Source: Macrostomum lignano
Lineage: Eukaryota
Reading direction: 5' to 3'
DNA length: 35,683 bases
NCBI GenBank assembly: GCA_002269645.1
Contig: NIVC01002597.1
Coordinates: 1 to 35,683, forward strand
Both the position numbers and the translations under genes were made by a program. Each line of letters starts with the position of its first letter. Within the stretch, counting starts at the first letter, position 1. Below the pieces are notes generated by a model that was not told the origin of the DNA, did no database searches, and saw only the letters and a program-made list of their open reading frames with translations. Of the stretch, positions 32,720-35,683 are shown in pieces.

Positions 32720-33147
32720 CTGCGACGCGCGACAGTGCGGGCTTACGACGTATGACTATATGGGTTAGCCAGTTTACAGGGTGCTTGGAGCGCTGCATGC
32801 GGACAAATCAAGAAGCCAGGAAGGAGACAGGCCCATTCCACATATCCCTAGAGCTCGCACACTCCCACGGATACGTACACAGGCACACGCTCATCATCAG
32901 GCCAGTTGGAGGTTGGCCATCATGGATGAGCCACTATTACAAATCAAGGACCACTGTAGTATAACAGGACGTGAAACTCAAGGATCGTGTAAATTTTTCC
33001 GGGAAAAAATACACTGTAGAAATAGGAAGGAATATTTTTTCATAACGAAATCAATGATTGCATTCGATCTGGGGCAGTGAAGATTAGCAGTCTTTTAATT
33101 TAGCATGCAAAGCATGTTGGGGGCTCGCAAATATCTTGCTAGAAATA

Positions 33148-33450
33148 GGGAGTTGTAGTCTAGTGGTCAGAGCGTCGGACTCACGACTTGGAAGTCGGGG
33201 GTTCGATTCCCGATCCCACTAGAACAATTTGTGTCTTTGAGCAAGACACTTTACTCTGCATTGCTTCAGTTCACCCAGCTGTAAAATGGGTACCAGCATT
33301 AGCTGGAGTATTTGAGGCTGTGTGTGGCGACCCCACAGTCCTTGGACTGAACAGCCGTACGCAGCTTTCAGATGCGCCGCGCAATAGCTGCGGCTGAGCT
33401 GTCGGTTGCACATCTGGCGCAATTGGGGCAGGTGTAATAAAAAATATCGT
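33148..33450 (+). mobile_element. tRNA-headed CORE-type SINE, intronic and antisense to TTLL10
   Basis: A box TAGTCTAGTGG and B box GGTTCGATTCC. Then gtgtctttgagcaagacactttactc...ttcagttcacccagctgtaaaatgggta, resembling the MIR/CORE domain. A-rich end near 33440. The 3' boundary is approximate and no TSD is seen. Confidence 0.8.
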
Positions 33451-34174
33451 TGTATAATGTGTCATTTTGATCTTTTTCTCTTCTTTCTCTTTAGTAAGCC
33501 CAAAGTTGTAAGTGCTCACAAGTGCATGACATTAGCTGAACGCGTTTTGTTTCTTCTGAATAAAGTCATGTGTTATAAAAATTTTGCATGCAGGTACTCT
33601 TAGGAGCTTTTCGACAGTTCTAGGAATTAGGCTAGGCTAGGATAGACGACGAGAAAACAATATGAAAGTTAAACTTTCACTACACAACCATATGTTGTAA
33701 AATACAACCGAGTAACATGCAGTGAATGCTAAATTGAAAGAATGGTAATCTTCATTGCCCCAGGTCAAATGCAATCATTGATTTTGTCCCAAGTTTTCTC
33801 CTATCTCCGCAGTGTATTTTTCAGGAAATTGACCTCCAAAAAATCACACGACCTTAGAGTTTTACCTCCTGTTATACTATTATGGTCCTTGATGTTGATA
33901 TTCTACTGATACTACTCAACACTACAGAATATGATCTCATAGTTTGTTGTTGAGGTAGTCTTTTACAGTATACTTTTGTTTATTTGATATTTCCCTTAAA
34001 AACCTGTTAAACAGATGTAAAAACTTCAACCTGTCTGCAAAAAGTATTTTTTTTAACTGTCAATCAGTAAGCTAGTACGAAGTGTCCTTTAAAGGCATGT
34101 TAAAATGTAAAAGGCATGTATACCCCAATTGCATGATTTTTAAGCCCCGTCAGCAAGCGGCACATTAATCTTAC

Positions 34175-34314
34175 CCCGGCCACTCTTCCGCTTGGCTCCT
34201 GAGTTGGTTCCGTTGCACCAGAGAAGAGCCATTTTATCCACGGGTCTGAATTCGTTCGTGTCGGCCTCTGGCTGGCGCTCATTGAACCCCATTGCGTTTA
34301 ACATCTTCCTACAG
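34175..34314 (-). CDS. TTLL10: Candidate TTLL10-like upstream internal exon
   Basis: Branch/acceptor ctgaccccctacacacccag| at 34315 and strong donor G|gtaaga at 34175/34174. Reads CRKMLNAMGFNERQ...ALLWCNGTNSGAKRKSGR(G). The WC-x13-G spacing equals human TTLL10 LKWC..FREG as remembered. Phase 1 fits the next exon. Confidence 0.6.
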
Positions 34315-34360
34315 CTGGGTGTGTAGGGGGTCAGGCAATCTTCCTTAACTCTTTCTTCCT

Positions 34361-35628
34361 GAAAGAAGAGGAGGGGAGGAGAAAGAGGAAGGAGAGGAGG
34401 GAGAGGAGGGAGAGGAGGGAGAGGAGGAGAGAGGAGGGAGAGGAGGAAGAGGAGTGAGAAGAAGGAGAGGAAGCAGAGGAAGGAGAGGAAGAGAGGAAGG
34501 AGAGGAGGGAGAGGAAGGAGAGGAAGGAGAGGAGTGAGAGGAAGGGAGGAAGGAGAGGAAGGAGAGGAAGGAGAGGAAGGAGAGGAAGGAAGGAGAGGGA
34601 GAGAGGAAGGAGAGGAGGGAGAGGAGGGAGAGGAAGGAGAGGAAGGAGAGGAGGAATAGGAGAAAGAGAGAAAGAGGAAGGAGAGAAGGGAGAGGAGGAG
34701 AGGAAGGAGAGGAAGGAGAGGAAGGAGAGGAGGGAGAGGAGGGAAGGGAGAGGAAGGAGAGGAGAAAGAGGAGGGAGAGGAGGGAGAGGAAGGAGAGGAA
34801 GGAGAGGAGGGAGAGGAAGGAGAGGAAGGAGAGGAAGAGAGGAAGGAGAGGAAGGAGAGAAGGAGAGGAAGGAAGGAAGGAGAGGAAGGAGAGGAGGAGA
34901 GGAGGAAGAGGAGGAGGAGAGGAGGGAGAGGAGGGAGAGGAGAAGAGGAGGGAGAGGAGGGAGAGAGGAAGGAGAGGAAGGAGAGGAGGGAGAGGAAGGA
35001 GAGGAAGGAGAGGAAGGAGAGGAAGGAGAGGAGGGAGAGGAGGAGAGGAAGGAGAGGAAGGAGAGGAAGGAGAGGAAGGAGAGGAGCAGAGGAAGGAGAG
35101 GAGGAAGAGGAGGGAGAGGAAGGAGAGGAAGGAGAGGAGGGAGAGGAGGGAGAGGAAGGAGAGGAAGGAGAGAGGGAGGAGAGGGAGAGGAAGGAGAGGA
35201 AGGAGAGGAGGGAGAGGAGGGAGAGGAAGGAGAGAAGGAGAGGAAGGAGAGGAGGCAGAGGAAGGAGAGGAAAGAGAGGAGGAAGAGGAGGGAGAGAAGG
35301 AGAGGAGGAAGAGGAGGGAGAGGAGGAAGAGGAAGGAGAGGAAGGAGAGGAGTGAGAGGAAGGAGAGGAAGGAGAGGAAGGAGAGGAAGGAGAGGAAGAG
35401 AGAAGGAAGGAGAGGAAGGAGAGAGGAAGGAAGGAGAGGAGAGGGAGGAGGAGAGGAGAGGAAGGAGAGGAAGGAGAGGAAGGAGAGGAAGGAGAGGAGG
35501 AATAGGAGAAAGAGGAGAAAGAGAAGGAGAGAGAGGAGGGAGAGGAAGGAGAGGAAGGAGAGGAAGGAGAGGAGGAGAGGAGGAGAGAGAGGGAGAGGAA
35601 GGAGAGGAGAAAGAGGAGGGAGAGGAGA
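34361..35628. repeat. ~1.27-kb polypurine/polypyrimidine microsatellite (GGAGAGGAA/GGAGAGGAG)n
   Basis: Almost purely G/A on the plus strand with a 9-bp core. It produces spurious Leu/Pro/Ser and Arg/Gly/Glu ORFs. Confidence 0.97.
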
Positions 35629-35683
35629 TATGACTAAGGGAGTTAAAAGTTTCTCGTACGATTGATTTCAAATGAAATTTTAC

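Noticed and set aside
32808-32897. In-frame TGA at 32810-32808 upstream of the ORF-track ATG at 32798, initially suggestive of UGA recoding in TTLL10
   Set aside because: The region matches a SINE body segment, and a better gene model splices 34175 to 32719, making it intronic.
32885-32905. CTGATGA on the minus strand (hammerhead ribozyme core)
   Set aside because: No downstream GAAA or compatible stems found.
33148-33219. Apparent tRNA genes at 33148 and 22400-22472
   Set aside because: Imperfect cloverleaves followed by SINE bodies and A-rich tails, one with a TSD. They are SINE heads.
33414-33424. 11-mer ctggcgcaatt shared with 22143-22153 in the other SINE tail
   Set aside because: Opposite orientation relative to the two SINEs and too short to distinguish from chance.
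34331-35671. 446-aa Leu/Pro/Ser ORF and the 93-aa Arg/Gly ORF
   Set aside because: Both are translations of the stop-free GA microsatellite.

Overview
Eukaryotic (animal-type) genomic DNA with GT-AG introns, GC-rich exons and AT-rich, repeat-filled introns. The style recalls a free-living flatworm such as Macrostomum, but I cannot verify the taxon. Three genes lie in series on the minus strand. (1) A TTLL10-like tubulin glycylase, 5'-partial, exons 34314-34175, 32719-32531, 32027-31150. (2) A PTPN9/PTP-MEG2 orthologue (Sec14/CRAL-TRIO plus PTP domain), candidate exon 29508-29425, then 14280-13729, 11336-10554, 10269-9688, about 666 aa. (3) A TMTC3 O-mannosyltransferase, exons 3353-2733, 2165-1371, 83-1, running off the window and carrying two apparent frameshifts. 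The ~15 kb first intron of PTPN9 holds the most interesting structure: an ~11.8 kb head-to-tail array of non-autonomous Helitron-like elements (16906-~28661, minus strand, hairpin-CTAG|TC junctions) containing internal satellites and a tRNA-Ser-like fragment. Three younger insertions sit inside the array: a TIR element with an 8-bp TSD, a tRNA-SINE with a 14-bp TSD, and a TTAA piggyBac-like element with criss-crossed end repeats. Each has its empty site visible in a sister copy. Two clusters of palindromic 13-8-13 bp sites (conserved arms, unrelated 8-nt spacers) flank the array. Most long ORFs in the supplied track are artefacts of tandem repeats. All homology statements are from remembered sequences aligned by eye, not from database searches.
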